From assembly GCA_963832165.1 (NCBI GenBank), contig CAWHTE010000003.1, positions 263,324 to 327,323 on the forward strand: a DNA stretch of 64,000 bases, read 5' to 3'. Below the pieces are notes generated by a model. The model saw only the letters and a program-made list of their open reading frames with translations. It was not told the DNA's origin and made no database searches. Within the stretch, counting starts at the first letter, position 1, and each line of letters opens with the position of its first letter. Shown here one piece after another: positions 41,056 through 50,293 of this stretch. The stretch comes from an uncultured delta proteobacterium. GTDB taxonomy: Bacteria; Myxococcota_A; UBA9160; SMWR01. A program made the translations under genes and the position numbers.

Positions 41056-41586
41056 GTGCGGAAGCTCTCGCGCGTCGCGGCGATCGCCGCGCTGATCCCT
41101 TTCGCGGGCATTGCCGCGGGCTGTGGTTACACGCTCGTGGGCGCGCCGGGCGGGCGTGCACTCGGCCGCGTCGCGGTGCAGACCCCCGCGAACGGCTCGG
41201 GCCAGGCCGGGCTCGAGTTCGTGGTGGCCGATGCGCTGCGGCGCGAGGTGATGGTGCGCGCGGGCGCCGAGCTCGTCGAGGACGAGGGCAGCGCGGACTG
41301 GGTCGTGAGCGGCAAGGTGATGCCGCTCCAGGTCGAGCCGGCCAGCCTCTCGCCCGTGGTGCTCACGCTCGAGTATCAGCTCTTCCTCGCGGTCGATCTG
41401 CACGCGCGCGCGCGCGACGGGCGCGAGGTGAAGCTCGACTCCCGCGAGCTGCGCGACTCCGAGCGCTTCCTGTCCAGCGGCGACCCGGAGGCGCTGCGCA
41501 AGAACCGCGGCGAAGCGCTGCGCCGCGTCTCGCGGCTGCTCGCGGCGCGCTTTCTCGACCATCTCGACGAGGAGCAGGGCGGATGA
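41056..41586 (+). CDS. lptE: LptE-like outer-membrane lipoprotein
   Basis: Lipobox GIAAGCGY followed by TLVG. Sits immediately upstream of holA and overlaps it (ATGA), the same synteny as lptE-holA in Proteobacteria. Sequence similarity was not checked. Confidence 0.55.
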   Translation: MRKLSRVAAIAALIPFAGIAAGCGYTLVGAPGGRALGRVAVQTPANGSGQAGLEFVVADALRREVMVRAGAELVEDEGSADWVVSGKVMPLQVEPASLSPVVLTLEYQLFLAVDLHARARDGREVKLDSRELRDSERFLSSGDPEALRKNRGEALRRVSRLLAARFLDHLDEEQGG

Positions 41587-42552
41587 GCCTCGCCGGGCTC
41601 GAGCGCGAGCTCGCGGAAGGAGCGCCGCGGCGCGCCTATCTGCTCGCAGGTGCGGAAACGCTGCTGCGCGACGATGCGCTCGCGTTGCTGCGCCGCGCGG
41701 TGATCGGCGACGGCGACCCCGCGTTCCTGCTCGATCGCTTCGACGGCAGCGCGACGCCGGGGGAGCTCGCCGATGCGCTCCACACGCTGCCCGTGATCGC
41801 GAAGCGCCGGATGGTCGTGCTCGCCGATCCGGAGCAGCGGCGCGGCTCCGCGCGCGAGCTGCTCGAGGCGGTGGCCGACTGGGTCGGCGCCGGAGGCGAG
41901 GCCGATACCTCGGTGCTCGTGGTGACGGCGAGCCACCCGGATCGGCGCGCGCGTTGGGTGAAGGCGTTCGGCGACGCGATCGTGGCATGCGATCCGCCCC
42001 AGGCCCGCGCGCGAGATCGCGGAGTTCGTGCGCGCGGAGGCCGCGCGCCAACAAGTGGCGCTCGAGCGCGGCGTGGCCGAGGCGCTCGCCGAGCGGATCG
42101 GGCCGCAGCTGCAGCTCCTGCGCATGGAGATCGCGAAGCTCGCGCTGCTCGCGGGCCCGGGTGAGGCGGTGACCCGCACGCACGTGGGCGTCGGCACTGC
42201 GCTCACGGCCGAGGAGCCGATCTGGGACCTCACGGATGCGATCGGCGAAGGGCGCAGTGCCGACGCGCTGCGCGTGCTCGCGCACCTGCTCGCAGCGGGC
42301 GAGGCACCTCCGGTGCTGCTCGGGGCGCTCGTCTCGCACTTCCGTCGACTGCTGCGCGTGGCGTCGGGCGCAGAAGTGGCGGCGCCGCCGTTCGTGCGCA
42401 AGAAGCTCGCGTCGCAGGCGAAGCGCTACGGCGCGCTGCGGCTGCGCGCCGCGCTCGGCGCACTGCACGAAACCGATCTCGCGCTGAAGGGGGCAGGGGC
42501 GCTGCGGCCCGAGCTCGCGCTCGAGCGCGTGGTGATCGCGCTGGCCGCGTAG
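41583..42552 (+). CDS. holA: DNA polymerase III delta subunit; frame broken as written (extra C in the CCCC run at 41997-42000)
   Basis: The N-terminal part is ORF 41583..42164 up to ...AIVACDPP. The protein continues in the frame of ORF 42028..42552 from 42001 (RPAREIAEFVRAEAARQQVALERGVAEALAERIG...LLRMEIAKLALL). Confidence 0.75.
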
Positions 42553-42569
42553 CATCCGCGTCCCATTCT

Positions 42570-42600
42570 GGCGGATTGCGCCCTTTGGGCGGATCCGCCC
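42570..42600. terminator. imperfect GC-rich hairpin between convergent holA and rpsT
   Basis: GGCGGATTGCGCCC-ttt-GGGCGGATCCGCC. Possible bidirectional terminator. Confidence 0.4.
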
Positions 42601-42869
42601 TACGGGCTACACTTGGCGCTGAGTCGGCGTGCGAGCCGCGATACGCGGCGGCTCGCCTGCTTCTTCGTGAGGACGCCCTTGCTGGCGGCCTTGCGGATCT
42701 CGCCCTCGGCGCTGCGCAGCGCGTCGCGCGCCACATCGCCGTCGGTGCCCGCGAGCGCCGCGCGTGCGTACTTCACCGCGGTCTTGAGCCGGCTCCGGAC
42801 CGTGCGGTTGCGCGTGCGCCTCACGATGTTCTGGCGGGCGCGCTTCTTCGCGGACTTGTGCTGGGCCAA
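42600..42869 (-). CDS. rpsT: 30S ribosomal protein S20
   Basis: MAQHKSAKKRARQNIVRRTRNRTVRSRLKT. Confidence 0.95.
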   Translation of the reverse strand: MAQHKSAKKRARQNIVRRTRNRTVRSRLKTAVKYARAALAGTDGDVARDALRSAEGEIRKAASKGVLTKKQASRRVSRLARRLSAKCSP

Positions 42870-43057
42870 ATCGATCTACCCCTGGTCTCGAGCGGGCGGC
42901 CGATCGTAGTGGCTCCCCCGGAGGCTGTCGAGCGCAGGTTTGTGCAGCGGGCCGACGGGGAGCGAAGGCTATCAGGCCTGGGTTCAGCGCCGGGGTCGGA
43001 CGGTCGATAAGCGTGGTCGTTCGCTGCATTCCAAGGGAGGCTTGCGGGTTGAGGCAG

Positions 43058-44980
43058 ATGCACGGACTTGGGGCCCGGATCGCCCTCGTCGCGCTCCTCT
43101 GGGCGTTCGCGGCTTCGGGCGAGACGCCCGAGTCGACGCCCGCGGCCGCGCCGGACGGCGCCGCGGCGGTCGCGCTGCCGACCCCGGATCCCGCGATCCA
43201 GCCGCTCCCCGGGGCGGAGGCGGTGCCCCTCGCCCCCGAGGAGACCCCGCACCCGGGGGTCTCGGCGATCGAGCAGGCCTGGCGGGGTCCCGCGGCCGAC
43301 TTCGATGCGCGCGTCGTGCAGACGCGGCGTGCCGCGCTCGAGCTCGGCGCCTGGAGCCTCGACGCCGCCGCGCGCTCGCTCTCGGCGAAGGTGACACCCG
43401 CCCCGGAGCTCGACCGCGCGATCGCGGCCGTGCGCCTCGCACCCGACCTGCCCGCGGCGCACATGCGGCTCGCGCTCGCGCTATGGCTCGAGGCGGGCGA
43501 GCCGGTCTCGGCGATCCGCGCCGTGGCAGGTGCGCTCTCGGCGATCGGGCGACACCTCGAAGCGTCGCTGTGGTTCACGGGCTCGGGTCTGTTCATGCTC
43601 GCGGTCGCGCTCGTGGCGGGAGGCCTGCTCGCGGCGGTGCTCGCGGGCAGCGCGCGTCTCGCACACGCCGCGCACGACCTCGGCCACGCGCTTCCGCGCG
43701 CGACGCCCGCGTTCGGGAGCTGGGCGGCGCTCGCCGCCGTGCTCGCGTTGCCGCTCGCGTTCGGCGAAGGTGTGCTCGGGCTAGCGCTCGCGCTGCTCGG
43801 TGTGGCGGTGATCTACGGCGGCCGCCGGCAACGGTTCGCGATGCTGCTCGCGGCTGCGGGCATCGGCATCGGCGCCTATCCCGCGATGCGCTATGCGGGT
43901 GCGGCGTTCGCCGCGTTGCCCGGAGACGCCGTCGCCCAGGCGACCTTCGCGGTCGCCCAGGGCATCCCGACGCCGGTCGAGCTCGAGCGGCTGTCGAGCC
44001 TCGCCGATCGCGACCCGCTCGCGGCGCGCGGCCTCGCGATTCACGCGCGCCGTCAGGGAGACCTCCCGCGCGCGGACGCGCTCTACGGTCAATTGCTCGC
44101 GAACGGGGCCAGCGACGTGTCCGCGCAGAACAACGCCGCGGACGTACAGCTCGCGCTCGGCAACACCGATCGCGCGATCGAGCTCTACGAGCTCGCCGCG
44201 CGCAGCGAGTCGCCGGTCGTGCTCTACAACCTCTCCCAGGCCTACGGCCGTGCGTTCCGCGTCGAGGATCTGAACCAGACGCTCGCGCGCGCGCAGCGCG
44301 CCAACGGCGAGCTGGTGTCGCGCCTGACGGCGCTGCAGAGCGGCGGTGCGCAGGGCTTCGTGGCCGACGTGCCGCCGGGGCCGTCGCTGTACTGGTCGCG
44401 CGCGCTGCACGCGCACGCGGGCGCCGATCTCGGTCAGGAATTCCGCGATCACTTCGCGCCTGGACGGCTCGGCCGCGACGCGCACGCGTTCGTGGCGGCC
44501 GTCCTCGGTCTCGTGCTCGTCGGTGGTCTGTTCGGCGCGCGGATCCACCCGTCGCGCGCGTGCCGGCGCTGCGGCGAGCGCATCTGCAAGCGCTGCGGAC
44601 CCAGCGGAGCGTCCGAGGATCTCTGCGACGGCTGCTATACGCTGTTCTTCGCGCCCGAGAAGACCGATCGCACCCTGCGCGCGGCGCGCGTGAGCGAGCT
44701 GCGCACGCGCGAGGAGTGGGTCGGCCGCATGCACGCGGCGCTCTCGCTGCTCGTACCCGGTGCCGCGGGACTGCTCGCCGATCGCCCGATCCGCGGTTGG
44801 ATCGGCGCGTTCTGCTTCGCGCTCGCATGCGCCGCCGTGCTGTGGCGCGACGGCGTCGTTCCCGATCCGCTCGTCGCAGGCGCCGCCGCGCCCGCGGTGT
44901 TCCTGGCCACGGCGTCACTCGCCGCGATCGTCTACGTGATCGCGGTGGCCACCTCCCTCGCTGCGCGGAGGCAGGAATAG
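43058..44980 (+). CDS. hypothetical polytopic membrane protein with TPR-like segment and Cys-rich zinc-ribbon motif (640 aa)
   Basis: Internal ATG of ORF 43013..44980. Signal peptide ARIALVALLWAFAASG, several TM helices, TPR-like LALGNTDRAIELYELAA, and CRRCGERICKRCG...CDGC. Confidence 0.55.
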   Translation: MHGLGARIALVALLWAFAASGETPESTPAAAPDGAAAVALPTPDPAIQPLPGAEAVPLAPEETPHPGVSAIEQAWRGPAADFDARVVQTRRAALELGAWSLDAAARSLSAKVTPAPELDRAIAAVRLAPDLPAAHMRLALALWLEAGEPVSAIRAVAGALSAIGRHLEASLWFTGSGLFMLAVALVAGGLLAAVLAGSARLAHAAHDLGHALPRATPAFGSWAALAAVLALPLAFGEGVLGLALALLGVAVIYGGRRQRFAMLLAAAGIGIGAYPAMRYAGAAFAALPGDAVAQATFAVAQGIPTPVELERLSSLADRDPLAARGLAIHARRQGDLPRADALYGQLLANGASDVSAQNNAADVQLALGNTDRAIELYELAARSESPVVLYNLSQAYGRAFRVEDLNQTLARAQRANGELVSRLTALQSGGAQGFVADVPPGPSLYWSRALHAHAGADLGQEFRDHFAPGRLGRDAHAFVAAVLGLVLVGGLFGARIHPSRACRRCGERICKRCGPSGASEDLCDGCYTLFFAPEKTDRTLRAARVSELRTREEWVGRMHAALSLLVPGAAGLLADRPIRGWIGAFCFALACAAVLWRDGVVPDPLVAGAAAPAVFLATASLAAIVYVIAVATSLAARRQE

Positions 44981-46077
44981 TGTCCGCGGGGCTCTCGGGA
45001 AATCTCTCCGACTTCGGCATCGCCGACGTCTTCCAGCTGATCGGCCAGCAGCGCAAGACGGGCGTGCTCGAGCTCCGCTCCGGTGCCTCGCGCGCTCAAC
45101 TCTCGTTCGACGGGGGTCTCGTCGTGTCGGCCGGGGTGTTCAAGGGCCGTCCGGGCGAGCTCGACCCGGTCGCCGACCGGCTGATCCGCTGCGGATACCT
45201 CACGCGCGAACGCGCCGACGAGGCGATCGGGGTGGCGCGCGCGTCGGCCCAGACGCTCGCGCGGACGCTGACCTCGCGCGGGTGGCTCGACGGCGCAACC
45301 GTGCGACACGCACTCGATCTCGTGACGCGCGACGCGATCTTCGACGTCCTGCGCTGGCAGAGCGGCTCGTTCGATTTCCACGCGCAGGCGGTCGAGCACG
45401 ATCGCGATCCCGCGGAGCTGCTCGCCGCCGAGCAGATCCTCATGGACGGCCTGCGGATGGTGGACGAGTGGCAGAGCGTTGCGGAGCTCGTGCCCTCCGA
45501 GGACATCGTGTTCACGCGAACGGAGGCCGGGGGCGAACACCGCGTCGGCGATGCCGGGCGCGTGCTCGAGCTGATCGACGGCCGGCAGTCGGTGCGCCGC
45601 GTGATCGATCTCGCGCGGATCGGCACGTTCGACGGAATGCGCATCCTGTCCGAGCTGCGCCAGTCCGGCGCGATCCGCGCACTGAGCTCCGAGGACGCGC
45701 AGCCGCTGCACCGGCACATGCGGTCCGCTCGGCTCGGGCTGCGCGCGCTGTGGAGCACTGCGGCGGCGTTGGTTCCGCTCGCGGCGCTCGCCGCAGTGGC
45801 GTGGTGGACGGCCTCGGCTGCACCGGCCGCGCCGCCGAGCGACCAGAGGATCGTGCGCGGGACGCTCGCGAGTCTGCGCGAGGACTACGCCGTGCGCGCG
45901 GTTCGCCACGCGCTCGAGGCCTATCGCCTCGATCACGGACGCTGGCCCGAACAGCTCGACGAGCTGTCGAGCGCGGGCCTCCTGCCGCCGGAGACGTTGG
46001 CGACCCTCGGGGGGCGCGCTTACTATTCGATGCATCGTGACCAGGGACCGTTCTTCCTGGCGCCCGAGCGCTTTTGA
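44980..46077 (+). CDS. PATAN/DUF4388 domain protein 2 (365 aa) with C-terminal TM helix
   Basis: Real tail of ORF 42940..46077. The GTG overlaps the previous TAG. LSGNLSDFGIADVFQLIGQQRKTGVLELRS matches the DUF4388 N-terminal signature of the 26774 protein. Confidence 0.7.
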   Translation: MSAGLSGNLSDFGIADVFQLIGQQRKTGVLELRSGASRAQLSFDGGLVVSAGVFKGRPGELDPVADRLIRCGYLTRERADEAIGVARASAQTLARTLTSRGWLDGATVRHALDLVTRDAIFDVLRWQSGSFDFHAQAVEHDRDPAELLAAEQILMDGLRMVDEWQSVAELVPSEDIVFTRTEAGGEHRVGDAGRVLELIDGRQSVRRVIDLARIGTFDGMRILSELRQSGAIRALSSEDAQPLHRHMRSARLGLRALWSTAAALVPLAALAAVAWWTASAAPAAPPSDQRIVRGTLASLREDYAVRAVRHALEAYRLDHGRWPEQLDELSSAGLLPPETLATLGGRAYYSMHRDQGPFFLAPERF

Positions 46078-46218
46078 TCCGAGGCTCGAGCGGCGACGGA
46101 GCGTCCCATCGCGAGGAACCCACTGAGCCGCAACGAGTCGAGCACCCGTCAGACCCTCGTCTTCGACGACAACGCCGCTGCCGCTGCGCTCTATGGGGAG
46201 GGCGACCGGACCCTGCGG

Positions 46219-47130
46219 ATGCTGGAGCGCGAGTTCGGCATCCACGCGGGCGCGCGCGGCAACGAGGTGCGGCTGGTCGGCTCGACGAACGAGGTTGCGC
46301 TCGCGCGCAAAGTGCTCGAGCACCTCTACGGCTTGTTGAAGAGCGGCCGGACAGTCGGCGCCGGCGAGGTGCGCGACACGGTGCGCATGGTGACCCAGGA
46401 GCCCGATGTCGATCTCGAAGACGCGATCGACGACGTGCTCGCAGACGTCGGGTCGCGGCGGCGCATCGGTGCGAAGACGCTCGCGCAACGCCACTACATC
46501 GATCTGATGCGCAAACACGACGTGGTGTTCACGATCGGGCCCGCGGGCACGGGCAAGACCTATCTCGCGATGGCGATGGCGATCGCAGCGCTCAACCGGC
46601 ACGAGGTGGCGCGCGTCGTGCTCACGCGCCCCGCGGTCGAGGCGGGCGAGAAGCTCGGCTTCCTGCCCGGGACGATGGCGGAGAAGGTCAATCCCTATCT
46701 GCGCCCGCTCTACGATGCGCTAGGCGACATGATGGACTACGAGAAGTCGATGCGACTGGTCGAGCGCGGCGCGATCGAGGTGGCTCCGCTCGCGTTCATG
46801 CGCGGTCGCACGCTCAACGACGCGTTCGTGATCCTCGACGAAGCGCAGAACACGACGCCCGAGCAGATGAAGATGTTCCTGACCCGGCTCGGCTTCGATT
46901 CGAAGGCCGTGGTGACCGGTGACGTCACCCAGGTCGACCTGCCGCCCGACAAGCGCAGCGGACTCGTCGAGGCGGTGGAGGTGCTGCGCGGCGTCGAAGG
47001 CATCGGCTTCATGTCGTTCGACGAGCGCGACGTGGTGCGGCATCCGCTCGTGCAATCGATCCTGCGCGCTTACGAACGGGCGCGCGAGGAGGGCGAGCGG
47101 AACAGCGGGGGGAGCTCCGGCCAGGGATGA
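46219..47130 (+). CDS. phoH: PhoH-like ATPase (true start probably upstream of 46219)
   Basis: Walker A GPAGTGKTYLA, and ILDEAQNTTPEQMKMFLTRLG. Conserved sequence (TLVFDDNAAAAALYGEGDRTL) continues in frame upstream of the ATG back to about 46123, where the only candidate start is CTG. Confidence 0.9.
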   Translation: MLEREFGIHAGARGNEVRLVGSTNEVALARKVLEHLYGLLKSGRTVGAGEVRDTVRMVTQEPDVDLEDAIDDVLADVGSRRRIGAKTLAQRHYIDLMRKHDVVFTIGPAGTGKTYLAMAMAIAALNRHEVARVVLTRPAVEAGEKLGFLPGTMAEKVNPYLRPLYDALGDMMDYEKSMRLVERGAIEVAPLAFMRGRTLNDAFVILDEAQNTTPEQMKMFLTRLGFDSKAVVTGDVTQVDLPPDKRSGLVEAVEVLRGVEGIGFMSFDERDVVRHPLVQSILRAYERAREEGERNSGGSSGQG

Positions 47131-47555
47131 CGGTGCGCCTCTCCGGGCGACGCGGGAGCCTCGATCGCCGGCGCCTGAGATCGCACGCGGCGCACATGCT
47201 GCGCGAGCTCGGCTGCGCGCGCGCCGAGCTCTCGATCGCGCTCGTGGACGATCCGACGATCGCGGAGCTCAACGAGCGCTATCGCGGCATCGCGGGCGCG
47301 ACCGACGTGCTGTCGTTCTCCCTGCTCGAGGGTGCGCACGCGGAGCGCCGCGGTGCGTTGCTGGGCGACGTGGTCGTGAGTCTCGACACCGCGGCCGTTC
47401 AAGCGCGCCGCGCGCGCCGCACGCTCGACGACGAGGTGCTGCGGCTGCTGATCCACGGCACGCTGCACCTGTTGGGACACGATCACGAGCGCGATCTCGA
47501 GGCACGGCGCATGCGCGCCGAGGAGCGCCGCCTGTGGAAGGCGCTTCGGGCGTGA
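47127..47555 (+). CDS. ybeY: rRNA maturation endoribonuclease YbeY
   Basis: HGTLHLLGHDH zinc-binding motif. ATGA overlap with phoH. Confidence 0.9.
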   Translation: MTVRLSGRRGSLDRRRLRSHAAHMLRELGCARAELSIALVDDPTIAELNERYRGIAGATDVLSFSLLEGAHAERRGALLGDVVVSLDTAAVQARRARRTLDDEVLRLLIHGTLHLLGHDHERDLEARRMRAEERRLWKALRA

Positions 47556-49144
47556 CCCCGTGGGCGCGCGCATCGTGGGGCGGCGCGGCCGCGCTGGCGC
47601 TCTTCCTGTCGTTTCCGCACCCGATCGCGGGTCGCGTGATCGATCTGGGCTGGCTGCTCGCGTGGCTCGCACCCGCGTTGTTCCTGTGCGCGCTGAGCGG
47701 GCTCGCGCCGCGGCGCGCGGCCCTCTGGGGATTCGGGATCCACTGGGTCGCCTACTCGTCGATCCTGCACTGGATCTACGTCGTGACGGTCAGCTACGGA
47801 CACGCCCATCCGGTCGTCGGCGTGATCGCCCCGATCGGGCTCGCGTCCTACATCGCGGTGTTCGGCGGGACTCTTCGGGCTCGGCCACGCGTGGCTCGCC
47901 GCGCGCGGGATCGCATCGCCCTGGAGCGCCGCGTTCGCGTGGACCGCGCTCGACCATCTGCGCTCGTTCGCGCTGTCGGGCTTCCCGTGGGCCGAGCTGG
48001 GTTATGCGCAGCACGACAATTCCGCGCTGCTCGGGCTCGCTTCGTTCACGGGCGTGTACGGGCTCTCGTTCGTGAGCGTGCTCGGGAGCGCAGCGCTGCT
48101 CGAAGCCGTTCGTTCGGCGCGCACGCGCACGCGGCCCGGCGTGGGGGTGCTCGCGGCGTTCGCGGCCGTGATCGCGTTGCACGGGCTCGGGCTCGCCGCG
48201 CCGCGACCGGCCCGCGAGCCGGAGACGGTCCGCGCCGCGGTGATCCAGGGCAACATCGACCAGGGCGTGAAGTGGAGCGCGGCGTCGATCGAGCAGACGC
48301 TCGAGACCTACGAATCGCTCTCGCGCGCGGCCGCTCGCGCCGGCGCCGAGCTGATCGTGTGGCCGGAGACCGCGGTGCCGGGCCCGCTCGAGGTGGTCCC
48401 CGCGCTGCGCACACGGATCGCGGCGCTCGCGCGCGAGACCGGCGCGACGCTCGTGGTCGGCGGGGTCGGCCTCGAGCTCGACGCCCATGGTCGGCCGGCA
48501 GCCTACTTCGACAGCGCGTTCATGCTTCGGGCCAGACGGGCGGCTGCTCGCGCGCTACGACAAGTCGCACCTGGTCCCGTTCGGCGAGTACATCCCGTTC
48601 CAGGATTGGCTCGGGCGGATCCTCTCCGCGGTCGCGCGCGGCATCGCGCAGGTCGGGGTGGAGGCGGGACCCGCGCCGCGAGCCGTCGCGCTCGCGTTGC
48701 CGGATGGACGCGAGATCCGCTTCGGCACCCCGATCTGCTACGAGCTCTTGTTTCCCCGACCTCGTTCGGCGCTTCGCCGCGGACGGCGGCCGCGCGCTGC
48801 TCGCAATCACCAACGACGCCTGGTACGGGCGCACCGGTGCTCCCTATCAGTTCCTCGCGATCACCGAGCTGCGATCGGCGGAGACGGGGCTCTGGATCGC
48901 GCGCGCGGCCAACACGGGCGTGTCGGCGTTCATCGACGGCTCGGGCGCGACCCGCGACGCGACCCCGATCTTCGAGCCCACGTGGCTCGTGGCCGACGTT
49001 CCGCTCCACCCGCAGCCCGCCACCGCGACGTTCTACGTGCGCCACGGCGACGTGTTCGTGTACGCGTGCTGGGCGCTGTGGCTCGCCCATTTCGGCGCGG
49101 CTCGTGCGCGCGCCACCCGGATGAGGAATGCTCCCCGGCCATGA
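47552..49144 (+). CDS. lnt: apolipoprotein N-acyltransferase; three +1 frame changes as written (about 47870, 48525, 48757)
   Basis: Homologous sequence runs in frame 2 (47552-47869), frame 0 (47871 to about 48524: LFGLGHAWL...FPWAELGYAQ...AELIVWPETAVPG), frame 1 (about 48526-48756: FGPDGRLLARYDKSHLVPFGEYIP...TPICYELLFP), then frame 2 again (48758-49144: DLVRRFAADGGRALLAITNDAWYG...). Confidence 0.8.
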   Translation: MTPWARASWGGAAALALFLSFPHPIAGRVIDLGWLLAWLAPALFLCALSGLAPRRAALWGFGIHWVAYSSILHWIYVVTVSYGHAHPVVGVIAPIGLASYIAVFGGTLRARPRVARRARDRIALERRVRVDRARPSALVRAVGLPVGRAGLCAARQFRAARARFVHGRVRALVRERARERSAARSRSFGAHAHAARRGGARGVRGRDRVARARARRAATGPRAGDGPRRGDPGQHRPGREVERGVDRADARDLRIALARGRSRRRRADRVAGDRGAGPARGGPRAAHTDRGARARDRRDARGRRGRPRARRPWSAGSLLRQRVHASGQTGGCSRATTSRTWSRSASTSRSRIGSGGSSPRSRAASRRSGWRRDPRREPSRSRCRMDARSASAPRSATSSCFPDLVRRFAADGGRALLAITNDAWYGRTGAPYQFLAITELRSAETGLWIARAANTGVSAFIDGSGATRDATPIFEPTWLVADVPLHPQPATATFYVRHGDVFVYACWALWLAHFGAARARATRMRNAPRP

Positions 49145-50293
49145 ACGAGGTGAAGGCGCAGGGCCCCAGCGATCACGAGCTCTCCGAGCGTTTTGCGGGC
49201 CTGCGCGAGCGCTGGGACGAGCTCCGGGGGCGTCTTTGACCTCGCCCAGCTGCGCGAGCGGATCGCGGCGCTCGAGCAGCAGTCCGCGGATCCCAACCTC
49301 TGGAACGATCGCGAGCGCGCCGAGCAGCTGCTGCGCGAGAAGCGCGGCGCCGAGCGCGAGGTCGCGCGCTACGACGCGCTGGTCGCGGCACTCGACGACG
49401 CCGAGGTGATGATCGAGCTCGCCGCCGAGGCCAACGACGATGGCGCGCGCGGCGAGGCGCTCGAGAAGCTGCACTTCGCCGAGCGCGAGCTCGACGCCGC
49501 CGAGCTCGAGCGGCTGCTCGGCGGCGAGCACGACGCGGGGCCTGCGATCGTCTCGATCAATGCGGGCGCCGGCGGTACCGACGCGTGCGACTGGGCGGAG
49601 ATGCTCATGCGCATGTACCTGCGTTGGTGCGAAGACCACGACTACGCCACCGAGGTGCTCGACGTGCAGCCCGGCGACGAGGCCGGCATCCGCGGCGTCA
49701 CGTTCACGGTGACCGGCCAGTACGCCTACGGCTACCTCAAGGCGGAGGAGGGCGTACACCGGCTCGTGCGCATCTCGCCATTCGACTCCCAGGCGCGCCG
49801 CCACACCGCGTTCGCGAGCGTCGCGGTGATCCCACAGATCGACGATTCGATCGAGGTCGACATCGACGACGGCGATCTGCGCGTCGACACCTATCGCGCG
49901 GGTGGTGCGGGCGGACAGCACGTCAACAAGACCGATTCGGCGGTCCGCCTCACCCACCTGCCGACCGGCATCGTCGTGCAGTGTCAGAACGAGCGGTCCC
50001 AGCACAAGAACCGCGCGTCCGCGCTCAAGGTGCTGCGCGCGCGGCTCTACGAGCACGCGCGCCAGCAGCAGGAAGAGAAGATGGCGGCGCTGCGCGGCGA
50101 GAAGATGAAGATCGACTTCGGCAGCCAGATCCGCTCCTACACGCTGCACCCGCAGCAGCGCGTGAAGGACCACCGCACGGATACGGAGATCGGCAACGTC
50201 GAGGGCGTGCTCGAGGGAGACCTCGACCGCTTCATCCGTGCGACGCTGCTCTGGCGCGCCGGCGGTCGGGTCACGGCGGGGTCGTCCGCATGA
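49141..50293 (+). CDS. prfB: peptide chain release factor 2 (join 49141..49236, 49238..50293)
   Basis: ORF0 is [32 protein letters not shown]. The +1 frame continues [24 protein letters not shown]...SPFDS...[16 protein letters not shown] (SPF and GGQ motifs). Confidence 0.9.
49225..49240 (+). promoter_or_regulatory. prfB: programmed +1 ribosomal frameshift site of prfB
   Basis: cGGGGGcgt CTT TGA C: an SD-like GGGGG, slippery CUU, and an in-frame UGA followed by C. This is the canonical RF2 autoregulatory site. Confidence 0.9.

Noticed and set aside
46919-49144. 741-aa ORF that could be taken as an intact lnt (or a phoH-overlapping gene)
   Set aside because: Its 5' part overlaps phoH and ybeY out of frame. 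Its middle (47870-48757) is the wrong frame of lnt. Only 47552-47869 and 48758-49144 encode Lnt sequence in this frame.
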